Positions 8,284-16,316 are shown, counted from the stretch's first letter. The stretch is 32,000 nucleotides of DNA from Polyangiaceae bacterium (GCA_033763455.1 JANRKO010000033.1:230002-262001); one strand, 5' to 3'. Notes: a model not told the origin generated them from the sequence alone. Numbers and translations are program-made.

Positions 8284-10023
8284 TTAGAAGCTCCTCTTCA
8301 TGAAGGACTCGGAGGTGGCGAGCTTGGCTACGAATTCTACGTAGCTGCCAGCCTGCTTATCGTAGGCTTCCTTGGCGCTCGTTAAGCTACAGCTATCGAA
8401 CGCGGTTTCCTTGCGGCCCATATAGTAGCGGAAGGCGTTGCGCATCACGCACTCTTTTACTGTGTTAGAGGCGCCGAGCTTGGTAGACATATCGACCGCG
8501 TCCTTAAAGTGAACGCTTGCGAGATCACCGAGGGACGCGTCGCTCGGAAACGTTCCAGATCCATCAATAGGCTTATTTTGTGGGGTATCCGTGGCACGAT
8601 AGGCACCCACCACATCGTAAGATTCAAACGCGAGGCCCGTGGGATCAATGAACTTGTGGCAACCGTTGCAACCTAGCCCCACATGCGAGACGAACCGCTC
8701 ACGCATCGTTAGGTTTGGGTCATTCGGAAGAATGGGCACGGCATTGAGATCTACGGGAGGAATATCCGTACAAAAAACTTCCTCGTAGATGTACTCACCA
8801 CGCTTCATCGGCTTCGTATCGTCGCGTGCCGCCTTCAGGCCAAGCCAAGCAGGGTGGGTGAGGAAGCCTGCTCGCTGCCCTAAAGGAGCGCTGAACTTGG
8901 CGGGAACGGCTCCGAATGCGGGTGCGCCTGTTACACCAAAAATGGCCTCAGATCCGCAATCCGCGAAGACAGTGGAAGTAGTGAACAGCGTCTCGAAAAA
9001 GCCACTCGTGGAATTGGAAGCATACACGTCGCTCACGAGTGCCTCCGCCTGCGCTACAATGCTCTTGCGATCATAAGGGCATGGCATGCCTTGTGTATCT
9101 GTCTCGAGCTGCTTTTGCACCTCCAGCAACTTGCGAAGCTCGAAGTACTCCGTCACGAAGTTGCGTGCGCCGTGGGCTTCGGACGAAGCCATGAGCCTTA
9201 CCACTTGCGCTTGGATCTGCTCAGGGGAATTGAGCGCGCCGAGCACCGCTCTATCCCACAGCTCCTGATCGGGCGAACCACCCGTGATGGCATAGGCAAG
9301 CTGAGTGGCAACTTCATACGGCGTCAACGCCACCACGTTGCCCAAAGGCTCGGCGCCTATCTCCGGTTTGAACAAGAACTGCGGCGCCAGCAGCATGCTC
9401 TGAAGCACGGTGCTCAGCGACTCATCCGCGCTAAGCTCCAGCTTGGCACTCGCATAAACACCCGTATATTGAGTGAGCTCGGCAGCTGTAACCGGGCGGC
9501 GAAACAGGATAGCGCCGCGCTCCTGCACCAGCGTTTTCACGCACGCCTCCGATGGATCGGTGCGCCAACAGCTCGAAGCCTTTAGAACCTGCACGAGCTG
9601 ATCCGCAGCCTCCAGTGTGACACCGTAGGCCTGAGTGAATTCGTCGTTCGAGACGCTTTGAAAGCCCGAACTCGTACTGAAATGTTCCGCCCCTGGGATG
9701 AGCGGATTGACCAAAGTTGCAGGCATAGGCGCGACCGGCGAACTTGGCGCACGACGCCCCTTCAGAAACTCACCCACTGTATTAGAGAACTCCGATGGAC
9801 TCAGCCGCCACAAACGTCGCGGAGGAGGAACCCCCGGATCCTGCCCTGGGGGACACTGGAACGTAGCTGGCGACAACGTAACGCCGCCACTTCCCGGCGT
9901 ACCACCCATACCGCTAGCACCACCAGCACGCTCAGTGGGCGTTCCTTGGCTAGGAGCAGAAGGCTCCGAGCTGCACGCCACTACCCCGAGCGCGATGCAT
10001 GCAGTAATGGGGAGCGAACGCAT
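8284..10023 (-). CDS. DUF1587/DUF1595/DUF1592/DUF1588-family exported lipoprotein with CxxCH motif (copy 2)
   Basis: Signal peptide plus lipobox (ALGVVACSS). Motifs RLWRLSPSEFSNTV, FRRPVTAAEL, VATQLAYAITGGSPD, TKPMKRGEYI and CNGCHKFIDPTGLAFESYD (CxxCH). Confidence 0.8.
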   Translation of the reverse strand: MRSLPITACIALGVVACSSEPSAPSQGTPTERAGGASGMGGTPGSGGVTLSPATFQCPPGQDPGVPPPRRLWRLSPSEFSNTVGEFLKGRRAPSSPVAPMPATLVNPLIPGAEHFSTSSGFQSVSNDEFTQAYGVTLEAADQLVQVLKASSCWRTDPSEACVKTLVQERGAILFRRPVTAAELTQYTGVYASAKLELSADESLSTVLQSMLLAPQFLFKPEIGAEPLGNVVALTPYEVATQLAYAITGGSPDQELWDRAVLGALNSPEQIQAQVVRLMASSEAHGARNFVTEYFELRKLLEVQKQLETDTQGMPCPYDRKSIVAQAEALVSDVYASNSTSGFFETLFTTSTVFADCGSEAIFGVTGAPAFGAVPAKFSAPLGQRAGFLTHPAWLGLKAARDDTKPMKRGEYIYEEVFCTDIPPVDLNAVPILPNDPNLTMRERFVSHVGLGCNGCHKFIDPTGLAFESYDVVGAYRATDTPQNKPIDGSGTFPSDASLGDLASVHFKDAVDMSTKLGASNTVKECVMRNAFRYYMGRKETAFDSCSLTSAKEAYDKQAGSYVEFVAKLATSESFMKRSF

Positions 10024-10171
10024 ACGAGGACGAGTGTAGCTTTCGACAACTCACGCTACCAGCTAGGTGCCACGGAGAAGCGAAGCAAGCAGAGAATTTC
10101 GAGCCAAAGATGTCGAACCAAGGGGTTTCCCGAATGGCCGGCTCGTAAGCGTCGCACTATCCATCCGTCGA

Positions 10172-11176
10172 GTGACGGCTTCTGATTCAAAAGTTTTCCC
10201 GCACGATGCACTGGTGCGCCGGATCTTTGGCGCACCAGAAAATGCAGCAGCCCAGTTTCGCGCTACGCTTCCTGCAGCACTCCTCGCCAACCTTGATTTG
10301 AGCACTCTCCGCGTCGAAGATAGCAGCTTCGTTAGCCAGGAGTTGCGAGGCACTGTTGTAGACATGCCTTACCGCACCGAGTATCGCGGTAAGCCGGCGT
10401 ACCTCTACGTTCTCTTTGAACACATGAGCACAGTGGATCCGCTCATGCCGTTGCGCACTTTGGGTGGAGCATTGCAAGTTTGGGAGCGCCACGCACAGAA
10501 GGCTCGCTCAGAAGGGGCACCCCTTTTGCCGTTGCCCCTGGTGTTGGTGCAAGTGTTGCATCACAGTGAGCGCGGCTGGACGGCGGCGACGCGCTTCGAA
10601 CAGCTTTTCGATCCAGAACATCTGCTAGATGAGGCAGTGCGCGGGGCCGTGCCGCACTGGGGCTTTTTGCTGGATGATGTCAGCCTGGCAAGCGACGACG
10701 AGTTGCGGCAGCGCCAGCTGGGTCCGATGCTTACAGTGGCGTTGGCGTTGTTGCGGGACAGCCGCCGGGGAGCTCGGCTACTGGGCACGATTGGGGCGTA
10801 TGCCAACGAATTTGAAGCGATCCTAAAGCGCAACGGCGGCCGCGAGGCCTTCCTGGTTTTTGTGCTATATGTGTGGACGGTGACACAAGGCACGGTTGGG
10901 CAAGAGGCGCTGGAAGCCTTCAAGGCGGTCAGAGGAGCAGGAGATGCAGTCATGACATTCGCGGAGGAGTTGGAAGCGCGGGGCGAGGCACGAGGCGAAG
11001 CACGCGGCAAAGCCGAAGGCGTTAGGTTAGTCTTATTGAGCCAGCTGGAGGAAAAGTTCGGGCCCGTCGCCGACAGCGTTCGAGAGCGTATCAGTGGCGC
11101 CGGCGTCGCCGAGTGTCTCCGTTGGTCCGCAAGGCTCCTTCAAGCACGCTCGGCGAGCGAAGTATTAGGGGACTAG
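10172..11176 (+). CDS. Rpn-family recombination-promoting nuclease / YhgA-like putative transposase (PD-(D/E)xK) with DUF4351-like C-terminus
   Basis: Family-typical N-terminus (PHDALVRRIFGAPENAAAQFRATLPAAL ... VVDMPYRTEY ... YLYVLFEHMSTVDPLMPLR). EARGEARGEARGKAEG repeat followed by a DUF4351-like tail (LLSQLEEKFGPV...). The longest ORF starts at 10067. The in-frame GTG at 10172 fits family N-termini better, so the start is uncertain. Confidence 0.7.
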   Translation: MTASDSKVFPHDALVRRIFGAPENAAAQFRATLPAALLANLDLSTLRVEDSSFVSQELRGTVVDMPYRTEYRGKPAYLYVLFEHMSTVDPLMPLRTLGGALQVWERHAQKARSEGAPLLPLPLVLVQVLHHSERGWTAATRFEQLFDPEHLLDEAVRGAVPHWGFLLDDVSLASDDELRQRQLGPMLTVALALLRDSRRGARLLGTIGAYANEFEAILKRNGGREAFLVFVLYVWTVTQGTVGQEALEAFKAVRGAGDAVMTFAEELEARGEARGEARGKAEGVRLVLLSQLEEKFGPVADSVRERISGAGVAECLRWSARLLQARSASEVLGD

Positions 11177-11256
11177 GTCTGCCTGCCAACGGGGCAGTGC
11201 GATGCTGTTAATTGGTAATTCATAAGGCTCGGCGGCATCCAACGGCTCTGGCCGTT

Positions 11257-11820
11257 TTATAGAACCGCGTAGAGCGCGTCCACATCCACGAAGCACCCGA
11301 TGGAATCGAGCTCTACCCGCCCACCGGCTCCGATCTGCAAGGCTGACCACTCATCCCCCGAGCGACGCCACACCTCAATTTGCCGTTCGTGCTGGGAAAC
11401 CAGTGCGTACTGCTCAAGGGAAGCAATGCGCTGATAGTGCTTCCTCTTCGCTCCGCGATCGTAGGCTTCAGTGCTGTCGCTCAGCACTTCAACAATAAGC
11501 TTAGGATTCGTCGCCGTGTCTTTCCCCGCCGGATCTCCTTCGAGCGGCCCGCACACCACCGAAACGTCAGGGTACGTTGCCAGGCCCGTTTCCAGCACCC
11601 GAATCCTCAAATCTGAACTATAAACGCGGCACGGCTTGCCCTGCAGCTGCGCATAGAGGGTGCCCACGAAGGCCGCCGTAAGGGCCGCATGCGCCGGCGT
11701 GCCACCGGGCATGGCATAGATCTCTCCATCAAAGTACTCGTGCCTGTGCGTGCCCTGCTGATCCACCGACAAGTACTCGGCGTACGTATAGCGATGGCGG
11801 GGCGCCGGAAACGAGGACAT
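11257..11820 (-). CDS. Uma2-family (DUF820) restriction-endonuclease-like protein
   Basis: YTYAEYLSVDQQGTHRHEYFDGEIYAMPGGTPAHA ... YSSDLRIRV ... TYPDVSVVCG ... PKLIVEVLSDSTEAYDRGAKRKHYQRI is the Uma2 pattern with a D...E-x-L/K core. The ATG at 11820 is chosen over the longest start (11901), which would overlap vapC. Confidence 0.8.
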   Translation of the reverse strand: MSSFPAPRHRYTYAEYLSVDQQGTHRHEYFDGEIYAMPGGTPAHAALTAAFVGTLYAQLQGKPCRVYSSDLRIRVLETGLATYPDVSVVCGPLEGDPAGKDTATNPKLIVEVLSDSTEAYDRGAKRKHYQRIASLEQYALVSQHERQIEVWRRSGDEWSALQIGAGGRVELDSIGCFVDVDALYAVL

Positions 11821-11888
11821 ACCCGAAGCTACGGCCGTGTCCGCGCCCGCGCCAGCCCGAAATGGTGAGCGCTCCCCCAAAGCCGACC

Positions 11889-12296
11889 CTAAACCGACCA
11901 ATCCTCAATCAGCAGCCCTGGCACGCGGGCGAGGTGCTTCACATTGGCTGTTACAAGCACCGAGCCGTGCGCGAGCGCGTGGGCGGCGACCGCAAGATCG
12001 AAGTCCTCAATGCGCTCGCCCCGTTTCTCCAGGGTCGCTTTCGCACGGCCGAAATCTGCGCTCACCTCATCCGACCAAATGGCTCGCGCGATCTCACTCT
12101 TTAACAGCTCGAAGCGCGCCACCAGCGCTTCCTTGCGCTTCGAGCGCGTGAGCCGACTCAGCCCGTATTCGATCTCCGCGAGTACGGGCTGAGGCAAAAA
12201 CACCTGAGCTCGCGACACAGCTTTGAGGTGCTCAATCAAGCGGGCGTCTCCCCGCATCAAAGCCGAGACAGCATTCGTGTCTAGAATGTACTTCAA
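11889..12296 (-). CDS. vapC: Type II toxin VapC (PIN-domain ribonuclease), module 1
   Basis: MKYILDTNAVSALMRGD start and acidic PIN residues (D at position 6; ...DLAVAAHALAHGSVLVTAN). Its start overlaps the stop of the upstream antitoxin gene by 4 nt. Confidence 0.85.
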   Translation of the reverse strand: MKYILDTNAVSALMRGDARLIEHLKAVSRAQVFLPQPVLAEIEYGLSRLTRSKRKEALVARFELLKSEIARAIWSDEVSADFGRAKATLEKRGERIEDFDLAVAAHALAHGSVLVTANVKHLARVPGLLIEDWSV

Positions 12297-12541
12297 AGGC
12301 GCACCGGCTTCTTCGACCGCCGATGCGCATGGATCTGCTCAAGCATCTCAGCTGCTGCTTCCTCCACTTCCGGCTCCACCGTACTGAGCCGCTCCAGAAA
12401 ACCTGGCGACCACTCCGTGCCCTCGACCACTTCACGTTCAAGGGCGCGTACGATGAGCCGATTCCGACTGATATTGAGCGCGCGCGCGCGGCGATCTGCC
12501 GCCAGAAGAAGGTGTTTGGGAATGTGCACACTCGTGGGCAT
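12293..12541 (-). CDS. vapB: Ribbon-helix-helix (CopG-like) antitoxin, module 1
   Basis: MPTSVHIPKHLLLAADRRARALNISRNRLIVRALEREV is an RHH beta-alpha-alpha pattern. The ATG at 12541 is preferred to the longest start at 12619. It is translationally coupled to vapC. Confidence 0.75.
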   Translation of the reverse strand: MPTSVHIPKHLLLAADRRARALNISRNRLIVRALEREVVEGTEWSPGFLERLSTVEPEVEEAAAEMLEQIHAHRRSKKPVRL

Positions 12542-12560
12542 AGTATATTTGTAGTATACT
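12542..12560. promoter_or_regulatory. Candidate operator/promoter of VapBC module 1 (AGTATA direct repeat; AGTATACT palindrome) abutting the antitoxin start codon
   Basis: On the minus strand the sequence reads AGTATACT-ACAAAT-ATACT-ATG. It is AT-rich in a GC-rich background and contains TATACT, a -10-like hexamer. Its function is inferred only. Confidence 0.3.
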
Positions 12561-12616
12561 CGCTGTTCTGGGCGGGGCAAGGTGGGCAAGGGGCGCAAAA
12601 CGGGCTTGATCCCAAA

Positions 12617-12632
12617 CATTACCGTGGTAATG
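12617..12632. promoter_or_regulatory. Candidate operator of VapBC module 2: CATTACC-gt-GGTAATG inverted repeat
   Basis: Perfect 7-bp arms with a 2-nt spacer, ending 8 nt upstream of the AbrB-type antitoxin ATG (12640). Type II antitoxins commonly autoregulate through such palindromes. Confidence 0.35.
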
Positions 12633-12639
12633 TGAGTCT

Positions 12640-12900
12640 ATGCCGCTTCCGAATTCCAAAGTCACCGCGCAGGGGCAAATCTCGGTACCTGCCGAAATTC
12701 GGCGCAAATTAGGCATCGGCCCGGGCTCCGTCTTGGAGTGGCACGATGCGGGTGATCACGTGGTGGTTCGCAAAGCTGGGCGCTTTTCTTCGGAAGAAAT
12801 TCATCGCGCCGTTTTCGCCAAGCGCCCGCAACCTCAGAAGCTTGAGGCCCTAAAGGAAGCCGTGCGCAAGCATCTCCGGGAGAAGCATGCGCGCCGTTGA
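12640..12900 (+). CDS. vapB: AbrB/MazE/SpoVT-type antitoxin, module 2
   Basis: SKVTAQGQISVPAEIRRKLGIGPGSVLEWHDAGDHVVVRK is the swapped-hairpin AbrB-type DNA-binding pattern. It overlaps the downstream PIN gene by 14 nt. Confidence 0.8.
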   Translation: MPLPNSKVTAQGQISVPAEIRRKLGIGPGSVLEWHDAGDHVVVRKAGRFSSEEIHRAVFAKRPQPQKLEALKEAVRKHLREKHARR

Positions 12901-13267
12901 CACAAATGTGCTGGTGCGTCTCATCACCCGTGATGATGCCGCCCAAGTTGCTTCAGCCGAGGCTTTTATCAAGAAGGGCGCGTGGGTATCCCATCTGGTT
13001 CTCGCCGAGCTCACCTGGGTGCTCGGCGCAGCCTACGGGCTCGGCCACGCAGCCATCGCGACGACCATTGAAATGTTGCTCAGCCATGCACAATTGACGC
13101 TGCAGGATTCGGACGTAGTGCTCGAAGCTCTCACCCACTACCGAAAGAAGCCGGCATTGGGCTTCTCCGATTGCTTGGTGCTAGAGATCGCAAAAAAGGC
13201 CGGGCATACGCCGCTTGGAACGTTTGCTCGGAGTCTCAGCAGGCTCGACGGCGTTGAACGGGTGTAG
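12887..13267 (+). CDS. vapC: Type II toxin VapC (PIN domain), module 2
   Basis: MRAVDTNVLVRLITRDD start, internal LAELTWVL, and C-terminal GFSDCLVLEIAKKAGH, all typical of PIN toxins. Confidence 0.8.
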   Translation: MRAVDTNVLVRLITRDDAAQVASAEAFIKKGAWVSHLVLAELTWVLGAAYGLGHAAIATTIEMLLSHAQLTLQDSDVVLEALTHYRKKPALGFSDCLVLEIAKKAGHTPLGTFARSLSRLDGVERV

Positions 13268-13324
13268 GGCGCACTGTGAAGGGCGGCGTTGGGAGGGCTC
13301 GCACTCACACGTTTTTTGTGTCAG

Positions 13325-14503
13325 TTACCTCCCAGCCCGCGTCCAATCGAAGCCTTGGATTTCAGCCCAAGGGACGACGCTACCGGACGAGCGCTTCTGA
13401 GAAGCGCTCCCACCATACACCAGAACTGGTTCGACGTTCTCTCGGCCGACGAGAGCCTGAAACTTGGCGAGAGCATCGAAAAAATCGGAAGCCACGGTGC
13501 GACCCGACTTTACCTCTACGGCGAGGAGTCGCTTTCCGGAGTCGACCAGGACGTCCACCTCGGTGCCCTGGTGATCTCGAAAAAAGCCGAGACGCGGTTG
13601 CATGCCCCGATTCGTGTGCGCCTTATAGATCTCCGACACAACCCAGCTTTCGAAGATCGCACCACGGTGCGGATGCGCGATCAGCTCGTCCGAACTGTGG
13701 ATACCTAATAAGTAACACAGGAGCCCGCTGTCGTAGAAATGCAACTTGGGTGTCCTTACCAGCCGCTTGTTCAGATTCACCGCCCAAGGTGGCAACCGAT
13801 GGAGCAGGTAGCTCGCCTCAAGCACTGAGATCCAAGCCTTCGCCGTGTTGTGCGTGATCCCGCAGCTTGCTCCGAGTGCTGAAAGGTTCAAGAGCGAGGC
13901 CGAGTGGCCAGCGCACAATCGAAGAAACGTCTGGAACGAAGTGAGATCGGTTACTTTGAGCACCTGCCGCACGTCGCGTTCGACGTAGGTGCGAACGTAG
14001 TTGGCAAGCCACTCTCGTGGCTTCTGGCGACGATCATAGATGGCTGGGTAGCCTCCAGCTAGAAGCACATCGAAGAGGTCACGCGGCACCTTGGGAAATT
14101 GACGAAGTTCCGCAAGGCTCATGGGGAGCAGCGTGATCAGCGCCACACGCCCGGCTAGTGACTGCGAGACGCTTTGGGTAAGCGTGAAGTTCTCAGAACC
14201 AGTCAGGATGAAAAGCCCCGACTTCCGGCGCTCATCGACGATGCTCTGGAGGTAAGATGCGAGCTCCGGCGTTCGCTGCACCTCGTCCAGAACTGCGCCT
14301 CGCGGGTACTGCGAAAGGAAGCCCCGAGGGTCTGACGTCGCAAAGTGGCGCGTATCTGGATCTTCCAACGAGACGTACGGCTTCTTGGGGAAGACCGCGC
14401 GACAGAGTGTCGTCTTCCCGGACTGCCGAGGCCCGAGCACTGCAACCACCGGATACCGCCGCGCTAGAGCCCGCAAATGCGGTTCCAGAGTGCGAGCGAC
14501 CAT
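13325..14503 (-). CDS. AAA+ ATPase of the AAA_14/DUF4143 (COG1373) type with C-terminal PD-(D/E)xK-like motif
   Basis: Walker A GPRQSGKTTL, Walker B-like AVLDEVQ, DUF4143-like middle region (FQTFLRLCAGHSASLLNLSALG...), and C-terminal EVDVLVDSGKRLLAVEVKSG (D...E-x-K). Confidence 0.85.
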   Translation of the reverse strand: MVARTLEPHLRALARRYPVVAVLGPRQSGKTTLCRAVFPKKPYVSLEDPDTRHFATSDPRGFLSQYPRGAVLDEVQRTPELASYLQSIVDERRKSGLFILTGSENFTLTQSVSQSLAGRVALITLLPMSLAELRQFPKVPRDLFDVLLAGGYPAIYDRRQKPREWLANYVRTYVERDVRQVLKVTDLTSFQTFLRLCAGHSASLLNLSALGASCGITHNTAKAWISVLEASYLLHRLPPWAVNLNKRLVRTPKLHFYDSGLLCYLLGIHSSDELIAHPHRGAIFESWVVSEIYKAHTNRGMQPRLGFFRDHQGTEVDVLVDSGKRLLAVEVKSGRTVASDFFDALAKFQALVGRENVEPVLVYGGSASQKRSSGSVVPWAEIQGFDWTRAGR

Positions 14504-14559
14504 GGGCCAAGTATCGACAAGCTATGAAAATTGTCAATTGCATTTACAATTTTCATAGC
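14503..14559 (-). promoter_or_regulatory. Sigma70-like promoter plus palindromic operator for the DUF4143 ATPase gene; possibly a leaderless mRNA
   Basis: Minus strand: TTGACA (14532-14537), a 16-nt spacer, GATACT (14510-14515), then 6 nt before the ATG (14501-14503). The -35 box lies inside a perfect 14-bp inverted repeat, GCTATGAAAATTGT (14521-14534) / ACAATTTTCATAGC (14546-14559), with an 11-nt loop. The region is AT-rich in a GC-rich background. Confidence 0.4.
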
Positions 14560-14716
14560 CTAAACCGCAGAAACAGGGTCATTGAGGGCCACTGGCAACC
14601 GCCCGACTTGCTCCCCAACTTGCGCCCCCATTAAACTAAGGATGACTCCGTGGATGGGCCCAATCGGCGGCGTGATTAGGCGTGACTTGTCGGATGTACA
14701 GTGTGGGCCTGGCCAC

Positions 14717-16165
14717 TCATTTCGCCTCCCTCGTTACGGCCGCGAGTCGGGCCCTGCCCGCGGGAGTAAGGCGGTATCGCTGAAAGCGGCTGGTGGGCTT
14801 GTCGGGAAGAGTCAACGCAAGGGTACCATCGCCAGTGAGCTTTCGAATCGTCGCATGAAGCGGGCCAGACGGTTGTCGCTGCCCGAGCGCAGCGGCGATC
14901 GCGGCCTTTCCCATCGGGCCATTTAGCAATGCTGCAAGCACTCGCGACTCTAGCTGTGACCCTAGCTGTGACCCTAGCTCCGACTCTAGCTCCGACTCAC
15001 TTAGCGTCGGCGGACTCGTGTTGATCTCAGCCTGCGCCGCACCCCCCTGCCATGCCCACCGGAGCCAAACACCGCTACCGTCGTACTCAACCGTCGGCTC
15101 CGATGCACCTGCCTCTAGGCACGCATCACGGATCTTCTCGTAGCCGCGTCCCCACGCCTCGATCAGCCCGGCGCGAAAGAAAGTACCGGCAATATCGGGA
15201 TTGGGAGGCATGGACACGTGGGGTCCAAGCAGTGTCATCGCGGTCCACGTTTCAGGGAGCACACCGGGATTCCAGATCCAAAGCCGGTCTCGGTAGACGC
15301 GGATCTGGATGGGCACACCCGAACCGTAGTCCTTGTGGATGAGGGCGTTCAACAAGGCTTCGCGTAGCGCCTCGCGAGGGATCGGAAACGTTTCGCGGCG
15401 CCGCAGCCCTCGGTAGCTGATCCACGCAACCATGTATTTCGTGAGGAGGAGCTCGACTGTTCGCTCCACTTGTGTGAACAGGTCACCGTGCACTTCGTCG
15501 TGATAGGCAAGGTCACTCTCGCTGCGAAACATGCCAACCTTCACATAAGCGCCCGTGAACCAGCGCTCGGGATCTTCATGGAACAGCAGCAGCGCGGCGC
15601 GCTTTAGCATGCCCGCCTCCGTGAGTCGTAGGCGCTGCACTAACTCCGAACGCGGAAGGGTGAGCGCCTTCGGCGGAAGCCGCTCACTCTCTTTCGCGTA
15701 CTCCTTGAACTGCCTAAACGCCGCCGAGCTGAGATCCTTCACGGCAATGCCCGGAACGGGGGCGCCGTCCCAGTGTCGGCCGAGTTTCCTCAGCAAGAAC
15801 GCGGAGAGCGCATTTCCCGTCAGCTGCTGCTTTGTGCTGCCCGAGCGAAAGTGGTACTCGCCACGATAACTGATGGGCGTGGGCGACGCGCCGACATCAA
15901 TCTCGACGAGCGCTTTACCCTTCTTGATGACGGCGCGCACCGGCACAATGAGACCGAGGCTGTCGCGGATCTTGTTCGGTAGGTCGACAAGCAGACGCTG
16001 AGCATCGCGCACACCGACTGGCTCACCCTTATCATTCTTGCCAATGATTAGCGTGCCGCCGTCTGCATTGGCAAAACCGCAGAGCCAACGCAGATACTCG
16101 TCGCGCCATGACTCCTTCCACTCGACGAGGTGGGTCTCAGCCTTTGAGGTCACGGCGCGAGCCAT
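14717..16165 (-). CDS. Schlafen/AlbA_2-domain protein with HATPase_c_4-like domain and C-terminal winged HTH (COG2865 type, often mis-annotated as RecG-like)
   Basis: N-terminus ETHLVEWKESWRDEYLRWLCGFANADGGTLIIGKNDKGEPVGV (AlbA_2). Middle REALLNALIHKDYGSGVPIQIRVYRDRLWIWNPG ... IEAWGRGYEKI (HATPase_c_4-like). A repeat linker, then a wHTH tail (GPMGKAAIAAALGQRQPSGPLHATIRKL ... RYRLTPAG). Confidence 0.8.
   Translation of the reverse strand: MARAVTSKAETHLVEWKESWRDEYLRWLCGFANADGGTLIIGKNDKGEPVGVRDAQRLLVDLPNKIRDSLGLIVPVRAVIKKGKALVEIDVGASPTPISYRGEYHFRSGSTKQQLTGNALSAFLLRKLGRHWDGAPVPGIAVKDLSSAAFRQFKEYAKESERLPPKALTLPRSELVQRLRLTEAGMLKRAALLLFHEDPERWFTGAYVKVGMFRSESDLAYHDEVHGDLFTQVERTVELLLTKYMVAWISYRGLRRRETFPIPREALREALLNALIHKDYGSGVPIQIRVYRDRLWIWNPGVLPETWTAMTLLGPHVSMPPNPDIAGTFFRAGLIEAWGRGYEKIRDACLEAGASEPTVEYDGSGVWLRWAWQGGAAQAEINTSPPTLSESELESELGSQLGSQLESRVLAALLNGPMGKAAIAAALGQRQPSGPLHATIRKLTGDGTLALTLPDKPTSRFQRYRLTPAGRARLAAVTREAK
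14950..14997. repeat. Intragenic 12-bp tandem repeat (2x CTAGCTGTGACC + 2x CTAGCTCCGACT) encoding the (E/G)S(E/Q)L linker
   Basis: Read directly from the sequence. It encodes ...SELESELGSQLGSQLES... on the minus strand, between the HATPase_c_4-like and wHTH parts of the 14717..16165 gene. Confidence 0.8.
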
Positions 16166-16316
16166 TACAGGTACCCTTGCTGGTTGTGGCGCGAGAAGAG
16201 TTTAACGTTCATGCTTCCCTCCGCATCATGCCTTCGTTGCAGTCGCCATTGCCACCGGCCCCGACGTTCCCGGACTCCAGGGCGGCCTTGTCCAGTGACG
16301 GCCGCCGCCCTAAACG

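Noticed and set aside
11241-11260. Small hairpin AACGGC-tctg-GCCGTT followed by TTTAT between the convergent Rpn and Uma2 genes
   Set aside because: The stem is only 6 bp and the T run is short. It overlaps the Uma2 stop codon, so it is too weak to call a terminator.
13297-13319. Imperfect hairpin ACTCACAC-gtttttt-GTGTCAGT between vapC (module 2) and the ATPase gene
   Set aside because: The stem is interrupted by a mismatch (4+3 bp) and the T run sits in the loop, not after the stem. It is not a convincing terminator.
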